Positions 1-10,043 of a stretch of 64,000 nt of DNA are shown piece after piece (position 1 is the first letter of the stretch; every line of letters starts with the position of its first letter). Made by a program: the position numbers and the translations under genes. The DNA lies in assembly GCA_963755585.1 (NCBI GenBank), contig CAVWKN010000028.1, forward strand, positions 27,592 to 91,591. Reading direction: 5' to 3'. The notes under the pieces are model-generated. The model saw nothing but the letters and a program-made list of their open reading frames with translations, was not told the DNA's origin and ran no database searches. Origin of the DNA: an uncultured Alphaproteobacteria bacterium. Lineage in GTDB: Bacteria > Pseudomonadota > Alphaproteobacteria > Reyranellales > Reyranellaceae.

Positions 1-5
1 GTAAA

Positions 6-1199
6 TCATGCGGCAAGCCTACGCTTTTCGCGGCTGTGCAGGAAGAGAGCCGATGCCGCGACCACCGCCAGCGCCGTCGAGGTCAGCCAGGCGGCCGCCG
101 GCCAGCCGCCCGCCGCCACCAGCGCCCCGGTGATCGGCGGCCCGATCAGCCCGCCGAAATTCGAGCCCTGCATCAGCAATCCGGTCGAGGCGCCGACCAG
201 CTCGGGTCGTGGCGAATGGACGGGCAGGCCGGTGAACAGCGCGCCCGGCACGACGCCGATCACCGCCGAATAGACGCCGGCCAGCACCAGCCGCAGGAGG
301 TCGGGCACGCCGTCGACGAAGATGCCGGCGGCGCAGAACGCCATGGAGATCGCCGCTCCGGCGATGATCGCGGCGCGCGGCACGCCACGGTGCAGCAGCC
401 AGCCGGCCAGAAGGTTGCCGGCGACGTTCACGACCGTGACCAGCGCGGTGACGATGGCGGCGGTGGAGGTCGAGAAGCCCAGGCGCTCGACCTGCAGCGT
501 CGGCAGGAAGCCCACGACGGCGAGCCAGCAGCACGAGTAGGCCCCGAAGCAGAGCGCGATGGCGAGCGGCCCCGCGCTGGTCGCCACTTCCGCCATCTCG
601 TGCAGGATCGGGCGACGCCGCGCCAGCTGGGCATCGAGCTCGCGGCGTGGCGCGGCGCGCAGCAGCAGCGCCACGAACATGGCCGCGGATGCGGCCGACG
701 CCACCAGCCAGGCCGCCCGCCACGACGTGCCGGGCAGGATGGCCGCCGCGATCAGCATCATCGAGCCGGCGCCGGCCGGCATGTAGGACGTCCAGATCGT
801 CATGGCGCGGTGTCGATCCGTCGGATCGGTCACCCGCAGCACCAGGGTCGGGACCGACACCGTGACGACGATGAAGCCCAGCCCCTCGAGGAAGCGCCAG
901 ACCAGCAGGACGCCGATGCTGCCGGCGAAGGCGCCGAGCAGGCTCGCGACGCAACACAGGGCCGTGCCCAGCATGATCAGCCGGCGATGGCCGAAGCGAT
1001 CGACGGTGAGGGCGATCGCCATGCCGCCGAGTGCGGCCGTCAGGTTGACCATCGACAGCAGCCAGCCGGCCTGGCCCAGGCTGGCGCCGAGATCCTCGCG
1101 GATCGAGGGAATCGACGGCGGCACCTTGCCGACATGGAAGGCCGCGACGATGCCGGCCGCGACCAGCAGGCCGACCAGTCCCCACGGCGTGCGTGCCAC
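6..1199 (-). CDS. MFS transporter (CynX/NimT-like)
   Basis: 397 aa, ~12 hydrophobic segments, MFS motif A-like DRFGHRR. Confidence 0.85.
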   Translation of the reverse strand: MARTPWGLVGLLVAAGIVAAFHVGKVPPSIPSIREDLGASLGQAGWLLSMVNLTAALGGMAIALTVDRFGHRRLIMLGTALCCVASLLGAFAGSIGVLLVWRFLEGLGFIVVTVSVPTLVLRVTDPTDRHRAMTIWTSYMPAGAGSMMLIAAAILPGTSWRAAWLVASAASAAMFVALLLRAAPRRELDAQLARRRPILHEMAEVATSAGPLAIALCFGAYSCCWLAVVGFLPTLQVERLGFSTSTAAIVTALVTVVNVAGNLLAGWLLHRGVPRAAIIAGAAISMAFCAAGIFVDGVPDLLRLVLAGVYSAVIGVVPGALFTGLPVHSPRPELVGASTGLLMQGSNFGGLIGPPITGALVAAGGWPAAAWLTSTALAVVAASALFLHSREKRRLAA

Positions 1200-1262
1200 T
1201 CGGTTTCCTCCTCAACTGCCGCTCGCCTATAAAGCGGGGCATCAAACAGGGGGGCCGCGGCG

Positions 1263-2031
1263 ATGTCCAAGCGATTCGACCTTTCGGGCAAGGTGGCGCT
1301 GGTCACCGGCGCCTCGTCGGGCCTGGGCGTTCACTTTGCGCGCACGCTTGCCGCGGCCGGCGCGTCGGTCGCGATCGCCGCGCGTCGAGTTCGATCGGCT
1401 GGCGTCTCTACAGGCGGAACTGCAGAAGGCGGGCGGCAAGGCCATGGCGGTCGAGCTCGACGTGCAGGCGGGCAAGTCGGTGAGCGCGGCGTTCGACTCA
1501 GCCGAGACGGCGCTGGGCGCGATCGATGTCGTGGTGAACAACGCCGGCATTTCGATCGTGAAGCCCGCGCTCGACATGCCGGAGGAGGATTGGGACGCCG
1601 TCGTCGACACCAACCTGCGCGGCGCCTGGCTGGTGGCGCAGACGGCGGCCAGGCGCTGGGTGGCGGCGAAGCGGCCGGGCGTCATCGTCAACATCGCCTC
1701 GATCCTGGGCCTGCGCACGATCGGCCAGGTCGCGCCCTACAACGCCTCGAAGGCCGGCCTGATCCATCTCACGCGCGCGCTCGCCATGGAATGGGCGCGC
1801 CACGACATCCGGGTCAACGCGATCTGCCCCGGCTATATCGAGACCGAGATGAACAGCGACTTCTGGAAGACTCCCGGCGGCCACCGCCTGATCGAGCGCA
1901 TCCCCCAGCGCCGCATCGGCCAGCCCGAGCATCTCGATGGTGCGCTGCTGCTGCTCGCCTCGGACGCTGGCAGCTTCATGACCGGCAGCGTGCTCACCGT
2001 CGATGGCGGGCATACGGTGAGTTCGCTTTAG
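1263..2031 (+). CDS. SDR family oxidoreductase, frameshifted near 1390
   Basis: TGASSGLG in the 1263 frame; NNAG and YNASK catalytic motif in the 802..2031 frame; one indel joins them. Confidence 0.85.
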
Positions 2032-2055
2032 CGGATCGCGGCTGCCTGCCCCTCA

Positions 2056-2156
2056 GTCATCCTGAGCGCAGCGAAGGATCTCATGCCCGTGGCAATGGGC
2101 GGACGACAGTGCCATTTGCAGGCGGCGATGAGATCCTTCGCTTCGCTCAGGATGAC
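2056..2156. repeat. REP/REPIN-like palindromic element, family A
   Basis: Arms GTCATCCTGAGCGCAGCGAAGGATCTCAT ... ATGAGATCCTTCGCTTCGCTCAGGATGAC; lies between convergent genes; 4 copies in window. Confidence 0.9.
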
Positions 2157-2174
2157 AGGGAAGTGAGCCGCGTT

Positions 2175-3314
2175 TCACCAGCCGTTGATGCGGTCGTAGA
2201 CGTCGACCACCGACTTGCCGCCGTCGAGCTCGCTGTCGACGACGTAGTACCGATCGTACGCCGCCGCGGTGATGCAGGCGTGGTTGGGCAGGATACGGAC
2301 TCGCGATCCGACCGGCAGGTTGCCGAACGGGATCGGTCCCTCGGCGCCGACGAAGCCGTGCTCCTGCGAGCAGGCGATCACCGCCATGTCCTGGGCCGGC
2401 GGGTCGACGATGGTGCCGTAGCCGACCTGGGGCTTGAATTCCTGGGCGCTGATATCCTTGGAAAGCGCCAGCGCGCCGGCATCGACCAGCACCTGGTTGC
2501 GGTGCGGATAGTGGCCGATCACCGAAGCCAGCACCGAGAGCGCGAGGTCGCCCGCGCCGCACGAGCCGATGAACTCCTGGTCGAGATCGTTGAAGACATA
2601 GACTCCCGGCCGCATCTCGGTGATGCCGGTGAAGTCGCGCGAATGCATCGCCGTGGGCGTCGAGCCGGCGGAGACGATCGGGCAGGGGATGCCGGCACCA
2701 CGCAGTTTCTCGGCCGCGCCCACGATCGCCTGCCGCTCCTGTTCGGCGACGGCTGCGATGCCGTCGGGCGTACTCTCATGATACGAGTGGCCGGCATGGG
2801 TCATGACGCCCGCCAGTTCGACGCCGGATGCGTTGTGCAAGACCCTCGCGATATCGAGCAGGCCGGGCAGCGCGGGATAAGGCAGGCCCGCCCTGCCGCC
2901 GCCGCTGTCGATTTCGATGAACACCGAGAAGGTATCGCCGTCTTTTGCCGCAGCGGCGATCGACCGGGCGACCGCGAGATTGTCCGTCACCATCCGCAGG
3001 TTGACGCCGCGGCGGCGCAGCTCGCTGATCGCCGGCAGCTTCGCGGGCACGACGCCCACGGCATAGAAGATGTCCGTGAAGCCGCCATCGGCGAAATAGC
3101 GCGCCTCGGCCAGGGTCGAGACCGTGATGCGCCCGTCATGACCTTCGACCGCCTTGCGGCCGATCTCGACCGACTTCGCCGTCTTGAGATGCGGCCGCAG
3201 CATGACGCCGGCATTGCGCAGGCGCTCGCTCATGCGCTTGAGGTTGCGGTTGAGGATCGCCCGGTCGAGAATGAGCGCGGGCGTCGGCAGGTCGTCGATT
3301 GTCTGGCTGGACAT
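2175..3314 (-). CDS. D-threonine aldolase / DSD1-family PLP-dependent enzyme
   Basis: RPHLKT PLP lysine, HAGHSY, GSTPT, SQEHG, PNHAC motifs. Confidence 0.85.
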   Translation of the reverse strand: MSSQTIDDLPTPALILDRAILNRNLKRMSERLRNAGVMLRPHLKTAKSVEIGRKAVEGHDGRITVSTLAEARYFADGGFTDIFYAVGVVPAKLPAISELRRRGVNLRMVTDNLAVARSIAAAAKDGDTFSVFIEIDSGGGRAGLPYPALPGLLDIARVLHNASGVELAGVMTHAGHSYHESTPDGIAAVAEQERQAIVGAAEKLRGAGIPCPIVSAGSTPTAMHSRDFTGITEMRPGVYVFNDLDQEFIGSCGAGDLALSVLASVIGHYPHRNQVLVDAGALALSKDISAQEFKPQVGYGTIVDPPAQDMAVIACSQEHGFVGAEGPIPFGNLPVGSRVRILPNHACITAAAYDRYYVVDSELDGGKSVVDVYDRINGW

Positions 3315-3328
3315 GGTGCGATTCTAGC

Positions 3329-3868
3329 ATGCCGATCGAGAACGAACGCAAGTTTGTGCTGGACGACGACGGCCGGCTCGAGCAGCACCTCGCGCAAACG
3401 CCCGGCGTGACCAAGAGCCTGCTGCGCCAGGCCTATCTCGACGTGTCGGGCTTGCGCATCCGCAGCATCGAGGCCGCCGGCGCGAAGCGCCACGTCTTCA
3501 CCTACAAGCGCCTGATCGACGGCCAGGTGGTCGAGATCGAGACCGACATCAGTGCGGCCGATTTCGAGCGCCTGTGGTCGCAACGGCGCGAGACCTTGCA
3601 GAAGGCGCGCTACTCCTGGGATGACGACCGCTTTCACTGGGACGTCGACTTCTTCAAGACCGAGGACGGTCGCACCTACTTTGCCCAGGCCGAGGTCGAA
3701 ATGCCGGAACACGACAAGGAGCCGCCACCGCTGCCGCCGCGGCTGGCCAGCCATCTGCTGGCGATGGCGCCGGCCGGCGATCCGCGCTTCACTTCCAAAC
3801 GGCTGGCCGATCGGGTCCATGCCGAGAAGCTGCTGGCCGACATCCGGAGCAAGGGGAGAATCGAGTGA
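3329..3868 (+). CDS. CYTH domain protein
   Basis: N-terminal ENERKF (ExExK) and AEVE motifs; start placed at ATG 3329. Confidence 0.8.
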   Translation: MPIENERKFVLDDDGRLEQHLAQTPGVTKSLLRQAYLDVSGLRIRSIEAAGAKRHVFTYKRLIDGQVVEIETDISAADFERLWSQRRETLQKARYSWDDDRFHWDVDFFKTEDGRTYFAQAEVEMPEHDKEPPPLPPRLASHLLAMAPAGDPRFTSKRLADRVHAEKLLADIRSKGRIE

Positions 3869-4962
3869 AGATCACGCGTATCGACAGCCAGTCGGTCAAG
3901 GTGCCCTACACCTTCGGCGGCAGTCACAAGGGTGAAGGCCTGCGAACCTGGACCACCAACAACATCCTGCTGGTGAGGGTCGAGACCGATACGGGGATCG
4001 TCGGCTGGGGTGAAGCGTTCTGCTACGCCTGCACCGACGCCGTGCGGGCCGCCCTGCACAACATGGTGGCACCCCTGGCGATCGGCCAGGATGCGCGCGA
4101 CATCGCCCGGCTGAGCTATGACCTGCAGCAGAAGCTGCATCTCTTCGGGCGCTACGGCATCACGATCTTCGCCCTGTCCGGCCTCGACATCGCGCTGTGG
4201 GACATCGCCGGCAAGGCGGCCAACCTGCCGCTGCATCGCCTGCTGGGCGGCGCCGGGCGCGACAGCCTGCCGGCCTATGCCAGCCTCCTGAAGTATCGCG
4301 ATCCGGAGAAGGTAGCGGCGCGGACCAGACTGGCGGTCGACGAGGGCTATCGCCACGTCAAGCTGCACGAGACCGAGGAGCCCGAAGTGAAGGCCGCGCG
4401 CCTGGCCGCGGGCCACGACGTCGCCATCATGGTCGACACCAACTGCCCGTGGACGCCCGAGCAGGCGCGGCACATGACGCTGAAGCTGCGACCCTACGAT
4501 CTCCATTGGCTCGAGGAACCGATCTTCCCGCCCGAGGACTTCGCCGCCATCGCACGGCTGCGCGCCGGCACGGGTGTGGCGATGGCGGCGGGCGAGAACA
4601 ACTGCACCGCCGTGCAGTTTCGCGACATGTTCGCCGCGAATGCCGTCGACTACGCGCAGCCCAGCGTCACCAAGGTGGGCGGCGTGACGGAGTTCCTGAA
4701 GGTGGCGACCCTGGCCGATGCCGCCGGCGTCACCCTGATGCCGCACTCGCCCTATTTCGGGCCGGGCTTCCTCGCCACCCTTCACCTGATGGCCGCACGC
4801 GGTGCGCCCGACGGCATGATCGAGCGCTACCACATGGACCTCGAAGCCAGCCTCTACGGCGAGCTGATCATGCCCGTGAACGGCGGCTTCAAGGTGCCGA
4901 CCGGCCCCGGTCTGGGCCGCGATCCCGACCCGGACGTGATCAAGACGTATTCGTCATCCTGA
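3865..4962 (+). CDS. Mandelate racemase/muconate lactonizing enzyme family protein
   Basis: GLDIALWDIAGK, MVDxN, WLEEP, GEN motifs; start overlaps the CYTH stop. Confidence 0.9.
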   Translation: MKITRIDSQSVKVPYTFGGSHKGEGLRTWTTNNILLVRVETDTGIVGWGEAFCYACTDAVRAALHNMVAPLAIGQDARDIARLSYDLQQKLHLFGRYGITIFALSGLDIALWDIAGKAANLPLHRLLGGAGRDSLPAYASLLKYRDPEKVAARTRLAVDEGYRHVKLHETEEPEVKAARLAAGHDVAIMVDTNCPWTPEQARHMTLKLRPYDLHWLEEPIFPPEDFAAIARLRAGTGVAMAAGENNCTAVQFRDMFAANAVDYAQPSVTKVGGVTEFLKVATLADAAGVTLMPHSPYFGPGFLATLHLMAARGAPDGMIERYHMDLEASLYGELIMPVNGGFKVPTGPGLGRDPDPDVIKTYSSS

Positions 4963-5029
4963 GCGCAGCGAAGGATCTCATCGCCGCTTGCAACCCGCAT
5001 GAGATCCTTCGCTGACGCTCAGGATGACG
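4952..5029. repeat. REP/REPIN-like element, family A
   Basis: Same arms as 2056-2156; contains the stop codon of the upstream gene. Confidence 0.9.
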
Positions 5030-5039
5030 GGTGTGCTCA

Positions 5040-5219
5040 TTGCTGGGGGCGCGCCACTCCAGTGGCGCGTCATGGTCTTCCGGACCGCGAGCGTCCCGCT
5101 CGCTCATGAGCGAGCGGGACGCTCGCGGTCCGGAAGAGGAAGAGAAGACGCGCCACTGGAGTGGCGCGCTCCCAGCAAAGATCATGAGCGGGCCTGGAGG
5201 CCCGCGGTCCGCTCATGAT
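5040..5219. repeat. Nested REP cluster: 31/32-bp IR enclosing a perfect 62-bp palindrome, followed by a third REP hairpin
   Basis: IR 5040-5071/5147-5178; perfect palindrome 5076-5137; hairpin 5181-5219. Confidence 0.9.
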
Positions 5220-6852
5220 TTACGTGGCCTGTTCCGCGGCACCTGGACCAGCGACCACGGGTCGGGCAAGCTCGCCGACCGGACAGTCGATCAGCATCGG
5301 ACCGCCGCGGGCGATGCCGCGCGAGATCGCGGCGCCGAGTTCCTCGGGCGATCTCACGCGCTCCGTCGCGAGGCCGAAGCTCTCGCCCAGCTTGATGAAG
5401 TCCGGGTTGCGCAGGTCGCTGGCGATGGTGCGGTTGTTGAAGGCCATCTGCTGGATGCGCTTGACGTTGCCGTAGGCGCCGTCGCTGAACACGACCGCCA
5501 CCACACCGATGCCGTGCTGCGCCGCTGTCGCCATCTCCATGGCCGTGAACAGGAAGCCGCCGTCGCCGCTGATCGAGACGACCGGCGTGTCGGGCCTGGC
5601 GACCTTGGCGCCGAGTGACGTGGCGTAGCCCCAGCCCAGGGTGCCCTGGTAGCCCGGCGAGAGGAACGTGCGCGGCTTGTAGGTCGGCCAGGCGAGGCGG
5701 GCGACGTAGCCCATCTGCGTCAGCTCATCGACCAGGATGCCGTCCTCGGGCAGCGCCTTGCGGATGGCCTCGAGGTAGGCGATCTGCGGCGCGAGCTTGT
5801 CGCGCACGCCCTTCATCGCCGACGCCTTGATCTCGGCCACTTCGTCGGCGCGCCCGTTGCGCTTGGCGTTGTGCTTGCCGAGCCGGGCGGCCAACGCCTG
5901 CAGGGTCGCGGTCGCGTCGCCCACGATGCCGATCTCCGGCCGGCGCTGGCGGTCGAGCTCCTCGCTGTCTATGTCGATGCGGATGATCTTCAGCGCATCG
6001 TCCAGGCCCCAGTTCTGCTGCTGCGGCTGCAGGCGCGTGCCGACGGCCAGCACGACGTCGGCCTCGCCCCAGAAACGGTAGCCCGGCGGCATGGTGACCG
6101 AGAGCTTGTGCCGCCCGTCGATCACGCCCTGGCCCATGCGGCCGGTCATGACCGGCGCATCGAGCATCTCGGCGATTGCCTGCACATGCTCGCCGGCGCC
6201 CTGCGCGCCACCGCCGACCACGATCAGCGGGCGTTGCGCGCCGCCTAAAAGCTTGGCGGCGCGTTCGACGGCGTCTTCGTCGACCGGGCAGGGATCGGCC
6301 TCGGCCGGCGTGGCGATCAGCTCGACCGGCGCCTTGCGCCCCCAGGTATCCATGGCGCATTCCAGACCGACCGGCCGGCGGCGGCCCGACAGCAGGCGGC
6401 GGAACGCCTCGTTGATCAGTGCCGGCGCCTCGGCCGGCGCATGGATGCGGTCGGCCCACTTGGTGAGGCCGCGCATGATCCCGAGCTGGTCGGGCAGCTC
6501 GTGCAGCAGCCCGACATTGCGGCCGATCATGGCCTGCTGGATCTGGCCGGTGAGCGCCAGCACCGGTGCGTTCACCGCATAAGCGGTTGACAGCGCCGCC
6601 GTGGTGTTGAGGAAACCCGGCCCCGGCACCACGACGTAGGCCGACGGTTTGCCGCTCGCCATGGCATAGCCCAGCGCCATGTAGGCGCAGGCCTGTTCGT
6701 GGCGGGCGTGGATCGGCCGGATGGCGTTGGTGCGATCGTAGAGGGCGTCGAAGAACGAATCGTTCTGGACGCCGGGCAGGCAGAAGAGGGTGTCGATGCC
6801 GTTCACTTCGAGCATCGAGACGACGGCCTGCGCGGTAGGTAAGGGTCTGCAT
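5213..6852 (-). CDS. Thiamine pyrophosphate-dependent enzyme (acetolactate synthase-like), probable indels near 6836 and 5270
   Basis: RHEQ, GPG and GDGGF TPP-binding motifs; MQTLT start and PDPW tail lie in adjacent frames. Confidence 0.85.
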
Positions 6853-6882
6853 GGCGCCACTCTACACGTGAAACGCGCCTTG

Positions 6883-8409
6883 TCAGCGGCCCAGCTCCTC
6901 GAGGTTGACGCCGGTCGTTTCAATCCGGAACTGCCAGGTCACCCAAGCGCCGACAAGCGAGGTCGCGACAAGGATGACCAGAAGAAGGTCGGTGCCGACC
7001 TGGACCAGCAGAACGGGAAAGAGGAACGCGGTCGCGACGGCGCCGATCTTGGCGAAGGCTGCCGCAAAGCCTGCGCCCCTGCCGCGGATGGCGGCCGGGA
7101 AGACCTCTCCGGCCAACAGGTAGGTCTGGGCATTGGGCCCGATGTTGGTCATGAAGTTGAAGAGTGTGAAGCCGCCGAACAGGAGCAAGGAGCGCGAGGG
7201 CTCGGCGGCATGCAGCGATAGCGCCGCCAGGGCGAGGCCTGCGGCGCAGCCGATGAAGCCCAGGATCTGCAGCCGGATGCGGCCGATGCGATCGGTGAGC
7301 AGCACGGCAGCGACGATGCCGACAATCAGGAGAACGTCGAGCAGCGCCGCGCCCTTCGCCGCCATCATGTCACGGCTGATCACGGCGGCGATGTTGTGCG
7401 CGTTGTCGATCTCGTGACCGAGAGCCCTCGCCAGGATGGTCGGCGTGAAGATGCCGATTCCGTACGTGCTGAGATCCTGCAGAAACCACGGCACCGATGC
7501 CAGGATGGTGGCGCGCCGGACCGACCGCGTGAACAGCTGCGCCCAGCCTTGCTTGCGGGCTTTGTCGGCGATCTGGCGATCGCGCGCGGTGAGCTCCGCC
7601 AGCCGGACCTGCCTGGGATAGGGTGGCCGACGGGTGAGCAGCCGCGTGACTTCGCGCTCGGCCTCCGCCTTGCGCCCCTGCGACAGCAGCCAGTATCCGC
7701 TGTCGCTGACGGAAAGCCGGCCGAAGATGATCATGACGGCGGGCAGGATCGCCGTCGCATACATCCATCGCCAGGCGCCGAGTTCCGGCATGTTCGCGAG
7801 AATGAGGTAGCCCACGGCGGTGCCGACCAGCGCGCCGACCGCCTGGAAGGCGAAGGCGCTGAGCACGACCATGCCGCGGTCCTTGCTGGCGATGCTTTCC
7901 GAGATCATCAAATGGGCCGTCGGGTAATCACATCCCAGCGCCAGCCCGACCCCGATCAAGAACACGACCAGCAAGGGAAAGCTGGGACTCCAGGCGAGCC
8001 CCACGAGAAAGACGGCGAACATCATCATCTCGACGACGAACATGCGCCGGCGACCATAGGTATCGGCAAGTCCGCCAAGCGCAATCGCGCCGACCATGAT
8101 ACCGGCCAACGGTGCTGCACTGACGATGCCCTTTTCGGCGGCCGACAGGCCGAATTCCTAGACGACCAGCGGCAAGGCAACGCCGGTCATGAACACGATC
8201 AACCCCTCGAAAAACTTGCCGGCGGTCGCCAGCACCCAGATGCGCCATTGCATGCCCGTCAGGGGCACCGAAACAGTCGGCGTACCATCGGGCCAGAGGG
8301 GCGTCTGGTCGATGTAGCTCTGGACGCTGCGCGGCCGGCTTTCGGATTGATCTGCTGACGCGTCGCCCGACCGATTGGTGATCACATGCGGCAGGGGTCC
8401 GTTCGTCAT
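6883..8409 (-). pseudogene. MFS (sugar-porter-like) transporter interrupted by an in-frame TAG at 8158-8160
   Basis: ORFs 8158..8547 and 6883..8109 share a frame; reads LPLVV*EFGLSAAEKG; DTYGRR and DRIGR motifs. Confidence 0.75.
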
Positions 8410-8547
8410 GCTCCCTCGGACAAGAACGCGACGAATGTCGGCGCTGCCTTTCGGCGAAGCACAATATCGCCGGCGCCTGTGACACGATGATGTCGCGTCC
8501 GCAGCCCGCACGGCCGGATGAAGGCGCAATTCGAGCAGGTCGGCCAA

Positions 8548-9537
8548 CTAGTCAACGCGAGCTCCTGATGCGCGGATAATCGGCGCGAGCCGCGCTTCCT
8601 CCGAATCGCGGTAGGCGAGCGTATCGGCCGGTGACCGCCAGATCGCCGTTGCCGCGAGATCGAGGAACTTGGCCTTGAGGTCGTCGCTCTCCAAAGCCTT
8701 CTTCGCGAGCTCCGACAGCCGCTGGATCACCTCGGGCGGCAGCTTCGCCGGGCCGGTGAGGGTGGTCCACGAATTGATGTCGAAGCCCGGCAGCGTCTCG
8801 GCGATGGCCGGCACGTCGGGAACGACCGGCGTGCGTTGCGCCGAGGTGACACCCAGCGCGCGCACCTTGCCGGCCCGCGATTGGGCGAGCGCGCCCGGGA
8901 TATTGTCGAAGATCATGTGGATCTGGCCCGCCAGCAGGTCCTGCATCGCCGGCGCCGAACCGCGATAGGGCACGTGGACGATGTCGACCTTGGCCATGAT
9001 CTTGAACAGCTCGCCCGACAGATGCAGCGTCGTGCCCGAGCCGGCCGAGCCGTAGGAATATTTGCCCGGGTTCTTTTTCAGGAGCTCGATCAGCTCGGGC
9101 ACCGATTTGACCGGCATGTCGAGATTGACCGCCAGCATGTTGGGAAGCTGCCAGATCGTCGAGACGAAGGTGAAGTCGGTGCGCGGGTTGAAGGGCAGCC
9201 TGGCGTAGAGCGTGGGCGCGATGGCGTGGCTGGCGATGCCGCCCAGCCCCAGCGTGTAGCCGTCGGCCGGCGACTGGGCGAGCGCATCCATGCCGACATT
9301 GCCGCCCGAGCCGCCCTTGTTGTCGACGATCCATTGCTGGCCGGTCAGCTCCGACATCTTGGCGCAGAACAGGCGGGACAGCGTGTCGGTGGGGCCGCCG
9401 GCCGGGAACGGATTGATGTAACGCACCGGCTTGCTGGGGTAGGTGCCCTGGGCCGAGACGATGGACGGCGCGGCGAGCGCGCCACCCAGTCCGGCCAGCA
9501 CGGTACGGCGCCCGACGGCGCTTCTTGAACTCTTCAC
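8548..9537 (-). CDS. Bug/TctC family tripartite tricarboxylate transporter substrate-binding protein
   Basis: PFPAGGPTD, DGYT, HVPYRG motifs; RR-containing signal peptide. Confidence 0.92.
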   Translation of the reverse strand: MKSSRSAVGRRTVLAGLGGALAAPSIVSAQGTYPSKPVRYINPFPAGGPTDTLSRLFCAKMSELTGQQWIVDNKGGSGGNVGMDALAQSPADGYTLGLGGIASHAIAPTLYARLPFNPRTDFTFVSTIWQLPNMLAVNLDMPVKSVPELIELLKKNPGKYSYGSAGSGTTLHLSGELFKIMAKVDIVHVPYRGSAPAMQDLLAGQIHMIFDNIPGALAQSRAGKVRALGVTSAQRTPVVPDVPAIAETLPGFDINSWTTLTGPAKLPPEVIQRLSELAKKALESDDLKAKFLDLAATAIWRSPADTLAYRDSEEARLAPIIRASGARVD

Positions 9538-9624
9538 TTTGTTTCCTCCCTGATCCGAAGCCGGAGCAGGGTGCCAAAGAGCAGTGGCGGCGTCGACAGC
9601 TTCCGTGCACTACTTGTGCGTTCA

Positions 9625-9984
9625 ATGAAGGCTGACGTGGCGAAGCAAAAGCAACGATTCCATATCGCGCGGCCGACGACGCGCCTGCCGGGCGACACCG
9701 TCGGGATTCAAGTGCCGGTCGGACGGATCGGCGCCAGCCGCAGTCATTGGCAGACGGTCTTCGAGGGGAGGGACAAGCCCAGCCTCTACCGCCTCCACAA
9801 CGGTGTGCCCGCCGACGCCGAGGATCCCGGCAACGTCATGATCGTCGAAGTCGATGGTGCCAAGCGCACGATCGACGTGAGCCCCGGCACCTCGGTCGAC
9901 GTCTACGGCAAGAGGATTCGCGTCAAGGCGGCAAGCGGCGGCGACAGCGCCTGCGTGGAAGGCTGGTACGTCCTGATTTCCTAG
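9625..9984 (+). CDS. Hypothetical protein (~119 aa, beta-rich)
   Basis: Host-like codon usage, fills the intergenic gap; no family recognised; start uncertain. Confidence 0.55.
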   Translation: MKADVAKQKQRFHIARPTTRLPGDTVGIQVPVGRIGASRSHWQTVFEGRDKPSLYRLHNGVPADAEDPGNVMIVEVDGAKRTIDVSPGTSVDVYGKRIRVKAASGGDSACVEGWYVLIS

Positions 9985-10043
9985 CCCAGGCATGATATGA
10001 GGCAGGTTGTCAGGAGTGGCGGTTTTGCTCGGGAGTATCGGCG

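Noticed and set aside
4952-5219. Repeat cluster as a CRISPR array
   Set aside because: The repeats are inverted and nested, not direct repeats with unique spacers; no cas genes
8158-8160. Amber codon as pyrrolysine or recoding
   Set aside because: No pyl machinery in view; TAG is an ordinary stop for many genes here; no catalytic rationale in a transporter
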